DNA from: a virus
Lineage: Duplodnaviria > Caudoviricetes
Virus record (IMG/VR): IMGVR_UViG_3300043567_000723
DNA length: 64,000 nt
Reading direction: 5' to 3' (one strand)
Positions 1 to 9,817 of the stretch are shown one piece after another. How positions within the stretch are numbered: the first letter of the stretch is position 1; each line of letters begins with the position of its first letter. Under the pieces are notes generated by a model. That model made no database searches. It saw nothing but the letters and a program-made list of their open reading frames with translations, and was not told the DNA's origin. The position numbers and the translations under genes were made by a program.

Positions 1-540
1 GACGAGACTGGCTCTGGTTCGCTGGTATTCGCCACCAGCCCGACGCTTGTGACGCCCAACATTGGTGTCGCTACTGGTACGTCTTTTAATAGCATTACTG
101 GTTTAAGCAGCACAACGCCTGTTGTAGACGGTACGGCTGCTGTCGGCACCGGTACAACGGCAGCCCGTGCCGATCACGTACATCCGACTGACACTAGTCG
201 CGCTGCTACGTCCGGTACGCTAGCCCAGTTTGCGGCTACTACATCAGCGCAACTTGCCGGCGTTATTAGTGACGAGACTGGCTCTGGTTCGCTGGTATTC
301 GCCACCAGCCCGACGCTTGTGACGCCCAACATTGGTGTCGCTACTGGTACGTCTTTTAATAGCATTACTGGTTTAAGCAGCACAACGCCTGTTGTAGACG
401 GTACGGCTGCTGTCGGCACCGGTACAACGGCAGCCCGTGCCGATCACGTACATCCGACTGACACTAGTCGCGCTGCTACGTCCGGTACGCTAGCCCAGTT
501 TGCGGCTACTACATCAGCGCAACTTGCCGGCGTTATTAGT
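1..540 (+). repeat. Perfect 270-bp tandem duplication (1-270 = 271-540), with a diverged third copy starting at 541
   Basis: Direct comparison: both units begin GACGAGACTGGCTCTGGTTCGCTGG and end ...GGCGTTATTAGT; the copy at 541 has synonymous changes. Confidence 0.95.
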
Positions 541-2067
541 GACGAGACTGGTTCCGGGTCGCTAGTATTTGCTACCAGCCCAACCCTCGTGACGCCTGTT
601 CTTGGAACGCCATCCTCTGGTACGCTTACCAGTTGCACCGGGCTTCCAATCAGTACGGGCGTCTCTGGTCTTGGTACTGGTGTCGCCACGTTCTTGGCGA
701 CTCCGTCTAGTGCAAATCTTGCCAGTGCGCTTACAGACGAGACAGGTTCGGGCAAAGTAGTTTTTGATACGAGCCCGCAGTTCACGACCAGCGTGACGAC
801 CGGCAGCACAACTTTTGCTGTGTTTAACACAGCAGCCACGACAGTCAACGCGTTCGGCGCAGCAACAGCTATTAATCTTGGTGCTAGCACTGGCACCACG
901 ACGATCAACAATAATTTGACCGTTGCGGGCAACCTGACGATCAACGGCACAACAACCACGCTTAACACGAACACCTTAACTGTTGACGATAAAAATATCG
1001 AAATCGGCGCTGTAGCTTCGACAACTGTTACGGGTACAGTGACTGCCGGTTCAGCGGTAGTTACAAGTCTATCGAGCACTAAAGATATTACAGTCGGCTC
1101 GGCATTTACGGCCAGTTCGGGTTTTGCTGGCGTTACCGTTCCGGCGAGTACGACAGTTGCGTCGATCGATAGTGCGACGCAGCTTACGCTCAGCGCCGCG
1201 CTGACTGGTACCGGTTCTTCCACGGTTGCTACTGCGAGCATTGGCGGCGCCACAGACACTACAGCAAACCTTGGCGGCATTACGCTCAAGGGCACCAGCG
1301 ATAAGACGATTATCTGGGACAGCGCAAACTCAAACTGGACCAGTAGCGAAAACTGGAATATCGCCAGCGGCAAAGTATTTAAGGTCAATAATGTTCAGGT
1401 GCTTTCAGCGACGGCGCTTGGTAGCACTGTAGTTGGTTCCTCGCTTACGAGTGTCGGCACTATTAGCTCAGGTACATGGAACGGATCTGCAGTAACTGTT
1501 GCTTACGGCGGCACTGGTTTAACTTCTGCTATTACGGGTCTGCTTAAAGGCAACGGTAGCGCGTACAGTGCGGCCACAGCTGGCACTGACTACGTCATAG
1601 GCGGCACCACGACAGTCGGTAAGCTGATTACGCAAGCGTCGGTCACTACTGGCGCTTCGTTGCAAATTACTGCCATGACTGCTGCTCCCAGCGCGCCTGT
1701 CGCTGGCGATCTTTGGAACAACGCCGGCTCGTTAAGGTTCTACAACGGTGCCGAGAAAACGATTGCCTTTACCGACAGCACTATCACCGGTAACGCGACA
1801 AACGTTACTGGAACGGTCGCTATCGGGAATGGCGGTACTGGGCAGACAAGCGCCAGCGCCGCTTTTAACGCCCTGTCCCCGGTCACCACGCTTGGCGACC
1901 TGATTTACGGCAGCGGCACAAATACGAATGCTCGGCTGGCCGGTAATACAACCACGACCAGACGAGTTTTGACCCAGACAGGTACCGGCACCGTATCTGC
2001 CGCGCCTGTGTGGGTTGATCAGTGCACAATTGTCGCTGACTGCACCCTCGACGGCGGCACGTTCTAA
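1..2067 (+). CDS. Tail fibre / virion surface protein, 5-prime truncated (frame open from base 1)
   Basis: Thr/Gly/Ala/Ser-rich; DETGSGSLVFATSPTLVTP repeats and an NLTVAGNLTINGTTTTLNTNTLTVDDKNIEIG segment typical of phage fibre proteins; ends DGGTF. Confidence 0.8.
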   Translation, partial: DETGSGSLVFATSPTLVTPNIGVATGTSFNSITGLSSTTPVVDGTAAVGTGTTAARADHVHPTDTSRAATSGTLAQFAATTSAQLAGVISDETGSGSLVFATSPTLVTPNIGVATGTSFNSITGLSSTTPVVDGTAAVGTGTTAARADHVHPTDTSRAATSGTLAQFAATTSAQLAGVISDETGSGSLVFATSPTLVTPVLGTPSSGTLTSCTGLPISTGVSGLGTGVATFLATPSSANLASALTDETGSGKVVFDTSPQFTTSVTTGSTTFAVFNTAATTVNAFGAATAINLGASTGTTTINNNLTVAGNLTINGTTTTLNTNTLTVDDKNIEIGAVASTTVTGTVTAGSAVVTSLSSTKDITVGSAFTASSGFAGVTVPASTTVASIDSATQLTLSAALTGTGSSTVATASIGGATDTTANLGGITLKGTSDKTIIWDSANSNWTSSENWNIASGKVFKVNNVQVLSATALGSTVVGSSLTSVGTISSGTWNGSAVTVAYGGTGLTSAITGLLKGNGSAYSAATAGTDYVIGGTTTVGKLITQASVTTGASLQITAMTAAPSAPVAGDLWNNAGSLRFYNGAEKTIAFTDSTITGNATNVTGTVAIGNGGTGQTSASAAFNALSPVTTLGDLIYGSGTNTNARLAGNTTTTRRVLTQTGTGTVSAAPVWVDQCTIVADCTLDGGTF

Positions 2068-2077
2068 GGAATTAACA

Positions 2078-2236
2078 ATGCAATTTAACGTGTCCGTACA
2101 GGGCAGGCCGTATAAAACAATAGAAGCCCCCAATACAGGGGCTGCTTTATCTATGGTGGCGGAAGACATCGCGGCCGGGTTAGTCCCCGACCTCGACCCC
2201 AGCGCCGATCAAAATATTACCATTGTTCCGGCCTAA
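2078..2236 (+). CDS. Small hypothetical protein (MQFNVSVQGRPYK...)
   Basis: AAGGA upstream of ATG 2078; fills the gap after the fibre gene. Confidence 0.6.
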   Translation: MQFNVSVQGRPYKTIEAPNTGAALSMVAEDIAAGLVPDLDPSADQNITIVPA

Positions 2237-2242
2237 TTTGAC

Positions 2243-2271
2243 TTGTCAGGTTTTTAGCTCGGGTGTAGTAT
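2243..2271 (+). promoter_or_regulatory. Candidate sigma70-type promoter
   Basis: TTGTCA-17 nt-TAGTAT in the intergenic gap before 2304. Confidence 0.4.
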
Positions 2272-2303
2272 AGCGAGAACTATTTCGCTATACGGGTCTT
2301 ATC

Positions 2304-2810
2304 ATGGCCAACACGATTCTTCTAAAGCGTAACAGCACCGCAGCCGCGCAGCCCACAGCCGGCCAACTAGCCGTTGGCGAACTGGCTATCAATACAGCCG
2401 ACGGCCGGTTGTTCGCCAAGAACTCTGCCAACGCTGTGGTGAATCTCCCGGTGTCGAGCATTAGCGGGCAGGCTATTACGCCGTCTTCTGTCGGGGCTAC
2501 CGGTAATGTTTCAGGCAGCACTTTAACTTCCACCGTGGCAACAGGCACTGCGCCGCTCAGTGTGACATCGACGACTGCCGTTACGAACTTAAATGCTGAT
2601 ACCGTAGACGGCCAGCACGCGAGTGCATTTGCCACATCGGCCCATACGCACGGCAGCGTTACCAGCGACGGTAAAATCGGTTCGACCACCGGGCAGGTAA
2701 TTACAACGGGCGCGGCCGGTGTGCTGCAAGCCTCTGCGACCATACCAGCCGCAAACCTGCCCGCTCCGCAGCGGCTCTCTTCTTATTGCTCTGGCCTTTT
2801 CTTTGGGTAA
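2304..2810 (+). CDS. Tail fibre-associated protein
   Basis: MANTILLKR...PTAGQLAVGELAINTADGRLF N-terminus common to phage fibre proteins; VTNLNADTVDGQHAS motif. Confidence 0.7.
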   Translation: MANTILLKRNSTAAAQPTAGQLAVGELAINTADGRLFAKNSANAVVNLPVSSISGQAITPSSVGATGNVSGSTLTSTVATGTAPLSVTSTTAVTNLNADTVDGQHASAFATSAHTHGSVTSDGKIGSTTGQVITTGAAGVLQASATIPAANLPAPQRLSSYCSGLFFG

Positions 2811-2813
2811 ACA

Positions 2814-3185
2814 ATGGCTGCACCAAATCTACAGGCTCCGACAACAGTCACTGGCAAAACGACGTATTTGTCTTTGTCCGCAACAACTGAAACGACGCTG
2901 CTGTCAAACGCGGCGGCAAGTAACAAAGCGTTGCGTATCGCTAACTTAACAGTGGCGAATAAATCTACTACCACAAGCGCGTCAATTGCAGCAAAAATCT
3001 ACACGGCTGCGAGCGCCGGTACGGGCTATTCTTTAGCCGCTACGGTGACTGTACCTGTAGGCGCTGTTGTTATCTTAATCGGCAAAGAAAATCCGGTGTG
3101 GCTGGAAGAAGACAAGCGCATCACAGTTACAGCCGGCACAGCAAATATTCTTGACGTTGTTTGCTCGTATGAAGAGGTTGCATAA
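2814..3185 (+). CDS. Virion structural protein (small beta-rich tail accessory)
   Basis: MAAPNL... Thr/Ala-rich beta protein ending SYEEVA; typical tail-region gene, coupled to the next ORF (TAATG). Confidence 0.6.
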   Translation: MAAPNLQAPTTVTGKTTYLSLSATTETTLLSNAAASNKALRIANLTVANKSTTTSASIAAKIYTAASAGTGYSLAATVTVPVGAVVILIGKENPVWLEEDKRITVTAGTANILDVVCSYEEVA

Positions 3186-5164
3186 TGCCCCGCCCGTCTG
3201 GTGGTTATGCTGCTGGGTACGTGACGCCCGTACTGAGTTCTAATGCGGCTGTGGGAGTGTGGACGCCGCGCGATGTATACGCCAATCGAGCCGCCGGTAC
3301 GTGGCCTGTTGAGGGCACGGCTACGCCAGCGTTCTCGACTGTTGGCTACACGCGACTGTGGGGTTTAACCACAAAATCTTCTGGGCTGGTCACGGGTACG
3401 GCCGCAACCGACACCGGTCGGTATAACGTGAAATGGTGGGACAACACTATTACAAACCATCTTTCCGGCGGCACATTTAGCAAAGCAGCCGCGGGTGGCT
3501 ATCGCGCGTTTGAGATTTATCCGGTGCGGCAAACACTCACTTCCGCGTCTAGCAATGCGGTTTTAGCCTACAAAAACGGCTATAACGTCACTATCGACAC
3601 CGGGCAGAGTAAGTTCGGCGGCGCAAGCGCTTCTTTTGGCGGCAACGGCGACTATCTCAGGACATCTGTTGCGTTTAACTACTCATCAAACTTCACGATA
3701 GAGTTTTGGTTTCGGCGATATGCCTCGGGCAGCGGTCAGGCCCCTACGTTTTACGAAGCCGGTGATATTCAAGGCGGTCAGGGCGGCTTGCATATTTATT
3801 ATTTAAACGGTCAGATGCAGGTTAGCGACGGAATCGCCCCGGGCATCTCTGGCGGGTCAATTCCGGCGTTAAACACGTGGGTACATATTGCCCTAGTGCG
3901 GAACAACGGCACAAATACGTTGTACGTTGACGGCACCAGTGTTGGAACGAGCACGCAAGATTACGCGGCGCAGATAACAAATAACATCATCTCAATCGGC
4001 GGCGCCCCAAACTACAGTTTTTATATCCACGGCTGGATCGACGATTTTCGGCAAACGCAAGCCGCTGTTTACACAGCCAATTTTACGCCGCCTACGGCAG
4101 CCCTCACCGCGATTACTAACACAGCGCTCCTGTACAACTTTAATACAGACTTTGACTCTATACCGTTCGGACAGTTTGACGGCTTTGACGTGTCGTCTAA
4201 CAACATCACCAAGTTGCGAGGAGAAAGCCTCATAATCGACCGCGGACCGGGCTTCAATCAGTCGGTATACATGTATATCGGGTATCCGCATTATGGTTAT
4301 GGGTATGTGCCACAGTGGGTTCCCGGTCCAGCAGAATTTGCAAGTTTGAAAAACAATGATCTTGCAGCCGCTGATTTGGACCAGTTCTACACAGACCTCG
4401 GCGCCAGCAACGCCGGTGTTTTGAGCGTGCAGGGCAACCCCGGCATATCAGCCGACACGCCATCTATAGCCACAGCGAAAGGCTATACGGTGTTTGGCAG
4501 CGTGCCTCCGGCTACGACATTGCTTTTAAATTGCGAGGGGGCAAATAACGGAACCACGATTACAGACTCTAGCGTAACAGCGCAGACTATTCGCCGCCTC
4601 CACACCGGCAGCACTGCTCCCGTTACCAGCACAACGCAGTTTAAGTATGGTTCGTCTTCGGTTCTTTTTAACGGCAACAACTGGCTGGACAACTTAAACG
4701 GCAATTCGGCTAATGTCTTGGGTACCGATAATTTTACTGTAGAAATGTGGGTGTACTTAGCGTCTCGGGGAACGGTGACGCCAATCTTTGAGTTAGACCA
4801 ATACACTGCTGGTATTTTGTGGCGCGTAGGCAGCAGCGTAGATAGTCTTTGGATCAAAAACAACCAATACAACTGGTCGCCGGCTACGCACGTTCCTTTA
4901 ACGACATGGACGCACGTGGCGCTTGTCAGAGAGAACGATAATGTGCGCGTATACGCAGGTGGGGTGCAGCGGCTGTCTGTCAACTTACCTGCAAACACGT
5001 TAGTTGGCACAGCGGGCAAAATAGTTATCGGCGCGTCTACGCATGATAATTACACTACCCGTATGACCGCCAACAGTTATCTTGACGACATCCGGCTGAC
5101 ACGCGGACTTGCTCTTTACACGGGCACCTTCACGCCGCCGACGGCGCAACTTACGGCACTATAA
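3185..5164 (+). CDS. Tail protein with two LamG/concanavalin A-like lectin domains
   Basis: Two copies of SKFG.SS..F.G...NFT(I/V)E.W...W.H(I/V)ALVR....YV.G...G..DD.R.T....YT..FTPPT, a LamG3-type signature. Confidence 0.8.
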   Translation: MPRPSGGYAAGYVTPVLSSNAAVGVWTPRDVYANRAAGTWPVEGTATPAFSTVGYTRLWGLTTKSSGLVTGTAATDTGRYNVKWWDNTITNHLSGGTFSKAAAGGYRAFEIYPVRQTLTSASSNAVLAYKNGYNVTIDTGQSKFGGASASFGGNGDYLRTSVAFNYSSNFTIEFWFRRYASGSGQAPTFYEAGDIQGGQGGLHIYYLNGQMQVSDGIAPGISGGSIPALNTWVHIALVRNNGTNTLYVDGTSVGTSTQDYAAQITNNIISIGGAPNYSFYIHGWIDDFRQTQAAVYTANFTPPTAALTAITNTALLYNFNTDFDSIPFGQFDGFDVSSNNITKLRGESLIIDRGPGFNQSVYMYIGYPHYGYGYVPQWVPGPAEFASLKNNDLAAADLDQFYTDLGASNAGVLSVQGNPGISADTPSIATAKGYTVFGSVPPATTLLLNCEGANNGTTITDSSVTAQTIRRLHTGSTAPVTSTTQFKYGSSSVLFNGNNWLDNLNGNSANVLGTDNFTVEMWVYLASRGTVTPIFELDQYTAGILWRVGSSVDSLWIKNNQYNWSPATHVPLTTWTHVALVRENDNVRVYAGGVQRLSVNLPANTLVGTAGKIVIGASTHDNYTTRMTANSYLDDIRLTRGLALYTGTFTPPTAQLTAL

Positions 5165-5910
5165 TGATTTTCTATTACGGCACGCCAAAGTACTCTGTCG
5201 CGCTGAACGCTAAAGTCGGCTCAAGCAGTATGGCGCGGGCGATTATTGAGCAGTTTTATCCGCGGCAAGATTGGTTGATACGTACCGCGGCGTACCCAGA
5301 AGGCAAATCTCCTGAAACTGAACAGTGGCATTGGCTGTGCGGCGGCTCGCCCACGCCGCCAAAGCCTGTAGTGCTACTCGTGCGTGACCCGGTTGCTCGT
5401 TTTGTGTCCGCGTGCCAGCAAGTAAACATTAAACCCAGCAATGTCCAAAACGCTATAGACTCAATTATCGATGACGTCCAATGTCATCGCGTCAGGCCAG
5501 AAAATTTATCCGACGAACAGTGGCGTAAGCAGTCGGACTACGCACAGCGACAAAATACTCGGATGGGGCAGCATATGATGGCGCAAGGAAAAAAGCCGCC
5601 CCGTTTTGGCTTCCTGCGCGACAACGTACACTTTCTTCATCAACACGAATACGCCGTAGGCCCGACGACTTGTTTTCAGTTTCCTCGGGATATGAAAGCC
5701 GCTTGGGAGTTTCTTGAGATTGCGGCGCCAATACCGGAAGCGAACAAAGCGCGCCGAAAAAAAGCCGTGTTAACAGAAGAACAAGAAACTGCTGTGCGGT
5801 TGTACTACTCGGCAGACCAGCAATTATTTGATAACATTACTGAGCCGGGTTATGTGTTTATCCGCGACGCATCGCTGGCGCCAGCACTGGCAACAACGGC
5901 CGATCTTTGA
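5164..5910 (+). CDS. Sulfotransferase family 2-like protein
   Basis: NAKVGSSSM (PAPS 5-prime-phosphosulfate loop-like), VRDPVARFVSA (3-prime-phosphate-binding motif) and HFLHQ. Confidence 0.65.
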   Translation: MIFYYGTPKYSVALNAKVGSSSMARAIIEQFYPRQDWLIRTAAYPEGKSPETEQWHWLCGGSPTPPKPVVLLVRDPVARFVSACQQVNIKPSNVQNAIDSIIDDVQCHRVRPENLSDEQWRKQSDYAQRQNTRMGQHMMAQGKKPPRFGFLRDNVHFLHQHEYAVGPTTCFQFPRDMKAAWEFLEIAAPIPEANKARRKKAVLTEEQETAVRLYYSADQQLFDNITEPGYVFIRDASLAPALATTADL

Positions 5911-5943
5911 TTTTAAACGCTATTTTTAAACAAAGGGCTAACC

Positions 5944-6282
5944 ATGAGCGTGCTCGACCCAGAAACATCCCCAATCATCGACCCGGCTACTCGCATTGCC
6001 AACCAACTTAAACAAAACGCCCGCAATATATTTCGCAATATTACGGCGTCTTTCTCGCACAACGCCAAGATTTTTTGGCAGAACTCAGATGCAACCCCGC
6101 AGGAAATCGCCGCGGCACTAGGCACCGATGGCGTTGAACTTTTTCAGTTGCACGCCAAACTCGGCGAATTGCTGTATTCGATAAAACCCGAAGTTACTAC
6201 TGCCACTATGGCTATCGTGGGCGAGTCTACGTACAACGAAGACGGTTCTGTGACTATCGGCGCGCCGGATGAAACGGTGTAA
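5944..6282 (+). CDS. Hypothetical protein (tail region)
   Basis: 112-aa ORF in the co-directional cluster. Confidence 0.6.
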   Translation: MSVLDPETSPIIDPATRIANQLKQNARNIFRNITASFSHNAKIFWQNSDATPQEIAAALGTDGVELFQLHAKLGELLYSIKPEVTTATMAIVGESTYNEDGSVTIGAPDETV

Positions 6283-6284
6283 AA

Positions 6285-6554
6285 ATGTTGTTAGCTATAG
6301 CCGCATTCTTTTTAGGTTTTTCAGTTAGTTTTATCGGCGTTAAATTGCGGAGCTGGTTTTTTGTACGGCGTTTTTCTGTGTTAAAAAGCGGGCGGTTTTA
6401 TAGCCTGCGGCGCACCCGCGTTTTACGCTATAAAACGCGTAAACATATACCGTACCGCGGCTATTCTATTAGTTCGCGGTTTTGGCGTTCATTTGCGGCG
6501 ATAGATTATTTAGACACGCATATCGACTTAGACGAGTCAACGTTTCGGGGCTAA
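6285..6554 (+). CDS. Hypothetical protein with N-terminal TM segment
   Basis: Hydrophobic first 20 aa followed by a basic stretch; follows the previous stop directly. Confidence 0.45.
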   Translation: MLLAIAAFFLGFSVSFIGVKLRSWFFVRRFSVLKSGRFYSLRRTRVLRYKTRKHIPYRGYSISSRFWRSFAAIDYLDTHIDLDESTFRG

Positions 6555-6601
6555 ATATGCTATTTTAGATGGCGTGACGTTTGCCTGCAGGGATAGCATA
6601 A

Positions 6602-8776
6602 ATGGCCAAGAAACGTATTTCAGATCTGCCCGCGAAGGGCATTCCTGATCAGAATGACTTGCTGGCCATTGTTGACCAGCAGGAAGCTCTTCCGACGACG
6701 AAAAAAACAACCGTCGGAAACTTACTCGCGGCTTTAAATATCTTAACGGTTGGTCCTACGGGGCCAACGGGACCATCTGGCGCAGCTGGCTCAGTCGGCG
6801 CAACAGGGCAAACAGGTCCGACAGGTGTATCAGGCGCTTCGGGTGAGGTTGGCGGTAAGGGGACCACAGGTGCTACTGGTCCAACAGGTGCAACTGGCCC
6901 AACTGGTCCAGTAGGTGCAAACGGTCTTGTTGGACCTACTGGCGCTACTGGACCGACAGGCGTCGGCACAACGGGTCCTTCTGGTCCGTCTGGCCCGTCT
7001 GGCGGTAAAGGTTCAACCGGGCCTACCGGTCCAACAGGTGTAGGTACAACAGGCCCCACGGGCCCGAGCGGCGTTGGTGGTTCTACCGGCCCGACTGGTC
7101 CGACTGGCCCACAAGGCGAGCGTGGTTTTGCCGGATCTTCTGGCTTACAAGGTTTATCCGGCCCAACTGGCTTGACAGGTCCGACCGGTCCAACTGGCGT
7201 AACAGGTCCGTCTGGTCCCGTTGGTCCGAGCGGCGTCACTGGTGCAACTGGTCCTACCGGCCCGGCTGGTCCGTCTGGTGCGCAGGGCGAAGTTGGCCCA
7301 AGCGGCACTCAAGGTATACAGGGTATACAGGGTATTCAGGGTCTTAACGGAACCCAAGGCCCGAGCGGCACACAGGGTTTGCCGGGTAGTAACGGCGCTG
7401 TTGGCGCAACTGGCCCGACCGGCGTTGGTGTTACTGGTCCGACTGGTCCGACAGGCGTAACTGGCCCTACTGGTCCGACAGCTGTTGGTGAAACAGGACC
7501 TACGGGACCAACTGGTGTAACCGGCGATACTGGACTAACAGGCCCAACCGGCCCATCTGGTTCGACTGGCCCTACAGGCCCGACTGGTGTATCTGGTGTT
7601 GGTTTTAATTTTCTAGGGCAGTGGGTAACTGCAACTGCTTATGCCGTAAACGACGTCGTTACGTTTAACGGCAGTTCGTATATTGCCATTAGTTCTGTTC
7701 CGTCGGGTTCTAACTTTTTACCGTCGGCAACGCCTACGCGTTGGGCGGAGCTAGCAATTCGCGGCGCTTCTGGTCCGAGCGGCCCAACAGGCCCGTCTGG
7801 TTCAGCTGGCCCCACTGGTCCGACAGGCGAAGTAACCACAGGCCCAACTGGACCTACTGGCCCCACCGGCCCAACCGGACCCACCGGCCCAACCGGACCC
7901 ACAGGTTTAAGTGTCGTATTTCGCGGTACTGCATCTTCGTGGCCGCCGACTGGTACGATCGCTGTTGGCGATATTTGGATCGTAGGCGACGCCGCTGCCG
8001 ATGACGATGATCTTCCAGCAAACGCTGTTGCTGGAACTGGTCTTTACTGGAATGGCTCCACGTGGGTAAACATTGGCCAGATTAGAGGCGCGATCGGCGT
8101 TACAGGCCCGACCGGCCCAGTAGGAACAACAGGCGACCGCGGCCCATCTGGCCCGTCAGGTCCCACCGGCCCGACTGGTGTTAGCTTTACAGGCCCAAGC
8201 GGCCCAAGCGGTTCTGCTGGCGCAGCTGGCCCGTCTGGTCCGTCAGGGCCTTCTGGCGCTGCGGGCCCGTCTGGTCCGTCAGGCGCGCAAGGCGGAGTAG
8301 GTCCGTCTGGTCCGCAGGGTCCAAACGGTGAGCCCGGCACGCCGGGAGCTTCTGGCGCTCGCGGAACTGACGGATCAACTGGCCAGACGGGGCCAACAGG
8401 CGTTACTGGTCCAACTGGTCCGACAGGTGTAGTAGTTACCGGACCAACCGGACCAACTGGACCAACGGGCTCATTTGCAATCGCGCAAGATATTATTAGC
8501 GTAGCCACTAATCGCACACTAACGGCGACCGACGCTGGTAAAGTAATTTGGTGCATCAACACCGTACCGATTACGCTCACAATTCCGGCTAGTGGTTTTG
8601 CTGTTGGCACTAACATCGATATCGTTCGCGGTTCTGCCGTAGTTGCAATTGTCGGTGCATCTGGCGTGTCAGTATTTGGTACGCCGGGTTTAAATCTGCG
8701 CGCGCAATATAGCTCTGGTAACTTACTGCAGCTCGCCAGCCAGTCGTGGTTGTTTGCCGGTGACACAACAATTTGA
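6602..8776 (+). CDS. Collagen-like (Gly-X-Y) tail fibre/spike with a carbohydrate-binding-like insert
   Basis: Long GPT/GPS triplet tracts interrupted by [24 protein letters not shown] (CBM5/12-like) and a globular C-terminal domain; [11 protein letters not shown]-terminus. Confidence 0.9.
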   Translation: MAKKRISDLPAKGIPDQNDLLAIVDQQEALPTTKKTTVGNLLAALNILTVGPTGPTGPSGAAGSVGATGQTGPTGVSGASGEVGGKGTTGATGPTGATGPTGPVGANGLVGPTGATGPTGVGTTGPSGPSGPSGGKGSTGPTGPTGVGTTGPTGPSGVGGSTGPTGPTGPQGERGFAGSSGLQGLSGPTGLTGPTGPTGVTGPSGPVGPSGVTGATGPTGPAGPSGAQGEVGPSGTQGIQGIQGIQGLNGTQGPSGTQGLPGSNGAVGATGPTGVGVTGPTGPTGVTGPTGPTAVGETGPTGPTGVTGDTGLTGPTGPSGSTGPTGPTGVSGVGFNFLGQWVTATAYAVNDVVTFNGSSYIAISSVPSGSNFLPSATPTRWAELAIRGASGPSGPTGPSGSAGPTGPTGEVTTGPTGPTGPTGPTGPTGPTGPTGLSVVFRGTASSWPPTGTIAVGDIWIVGDAAADDDDLPANAVAGTGLYWNGSTWVNIGQIRGAIGVTGPTGPVGTTGDRGPSGPSGPTGPTGVSFTGPSGPSGSAGAAGPSGPSGPSGAAGPSGPSGAQGGVGPSGPQGPNGEPGTPGASGARGTDGSTGQTGPTGVTGPTGPTGVVVTGPTGPTGPTGSFAIAQDIISVATNRTLTATDAGKVIWCINTVPITLTIPASGFAVGTNIDIVRGSAVVAIVGASGVSVFGTPGLNLRAQYSSGNLLQLASQSWLFAGDTTI

Positions 8777-8782
8777 TTTGTT

Positions 8783-9772
8783 ATGCGCGGCAAAATAGGC
8801 ATACGTTACAGCCGAATCACTGACGCTGAAACACGCAGCACTTACTTAAAAGCGCACGTGTTAATTTTGCCGTTACTTACCGGCGTTAGATTCACGCACG
8901 CGTCGGCAAATATTCTCGCACTCGCTGTTACGACAAACGCAAGATTAACGCACGCGTCTGGAAATATTCTTACGTTACCGGCCCCGGCAGGCGCGAGATT
9001 CACGCACGCGTCTGGAAATATTCTTACGCGCGGTAAGACCGGCGCAAGAATGACGTACATGGGTCAAAACATTTTGACCCGCAACACTCAAAATGCCGCA
9101 AGTAGATTGACGTACGCAACAGCTAGTATTCTTGTAAGAACGGCAGTTGCTTCAAACACCAACTTGACATATGCAACAACGAATATTCTTGTACGAGAAA
9201 TATTAAGTCCCAAGCTGCGCGTGACCGATCTTACTGTTGACGTATTTACCTATACGCCCGACTTGCCGATTATTCAATTACCGTCATTTGGCATAGATAC
9301 CTTAACCTGCGAAAACCCGGCAGAAACTGTAAGAACAACATCGCTGCGTGTAGATGCGTTGGCTTTTGCCGGCTTAGCGCCAACTGTTCGCGCAACTGAC
9401 TTTGGTGTAGATTTACTCGTATTCACACCAGACCTGCCGATTATCCAACTACCGGCGCTTGGTGTTGATACTTTGACGCGTGAAAACCCGGCAGCAAAGA
9501 TAAATATAACCGCGCTAAACGTAGATCTATTTGTATTTGTGACGGCGCAGCCAATTGTTGAAATCGCGTCGTTGAGCGTAGATACTTTGGCGTTTATGCC
9601 GCCATTGCCGACTATTTCTTTGCCGTCTTTTACCGTGGAAACGCTAACCTACGAAATAGCCACACCTACTTTAAAGACTGCCGCGCTAAACATAGACGCT
9701 TTAACGCGTGTCACACCAGCGGCAGAATCCCGCGTATCAGGACTCGTGGTCGATGTGCTTGTCATAAATTAG
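8783..9772 (+). CDS. Beta-strand repeat protein (about 17 repeats of 16-21 aa), probable fibre
   Basis: Repeats of type [11 protein letters not shown] and of type [14 protein letters not shown] cover almost the whole protein. Confidence 0.65.
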   Translation: MRGKIGIRYSRITDAETRSTYLKAHVLILPLLTGVRFTHASANILALAVTTNARLTHASGNILTLPAPAGARFTHASGNILTRGKTGARMTYMGQNILTRNTQNAASRLTYATASILVRTAVASNTNLTYATTNILVREILSPKLRVTDLTVDVFTYTPDLPIIQLPSFGIDTLTCENPAETVRTTSLRVDALAFAGLAPTVRATDFGVDLLVFTPDLPIIQLPALGVDTLTRENPAAKINITALNVDLFVFVTAQPIVEIASLSVDTLAFMPPLPTISLPSFTVETLTYEIATPTLKTAALNIDALTRVTPAAESRVSGLVVDVLVIN

Positions 9773-9817
9773 AAAAAATGCGGTATACTTGTATTCCAAC
9801 CATTCGCGAGGTGTTTT

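Noticed and set aside
174-8802. Long minus-strand ORFs over the fibre and collagen genes (e.g. 444-1388, 6649-7308, 8044-8802)
   Set aside because: Antisense shadows of repetitive Thr/Gly/Pro codons; no RBS or recognisable motifs.
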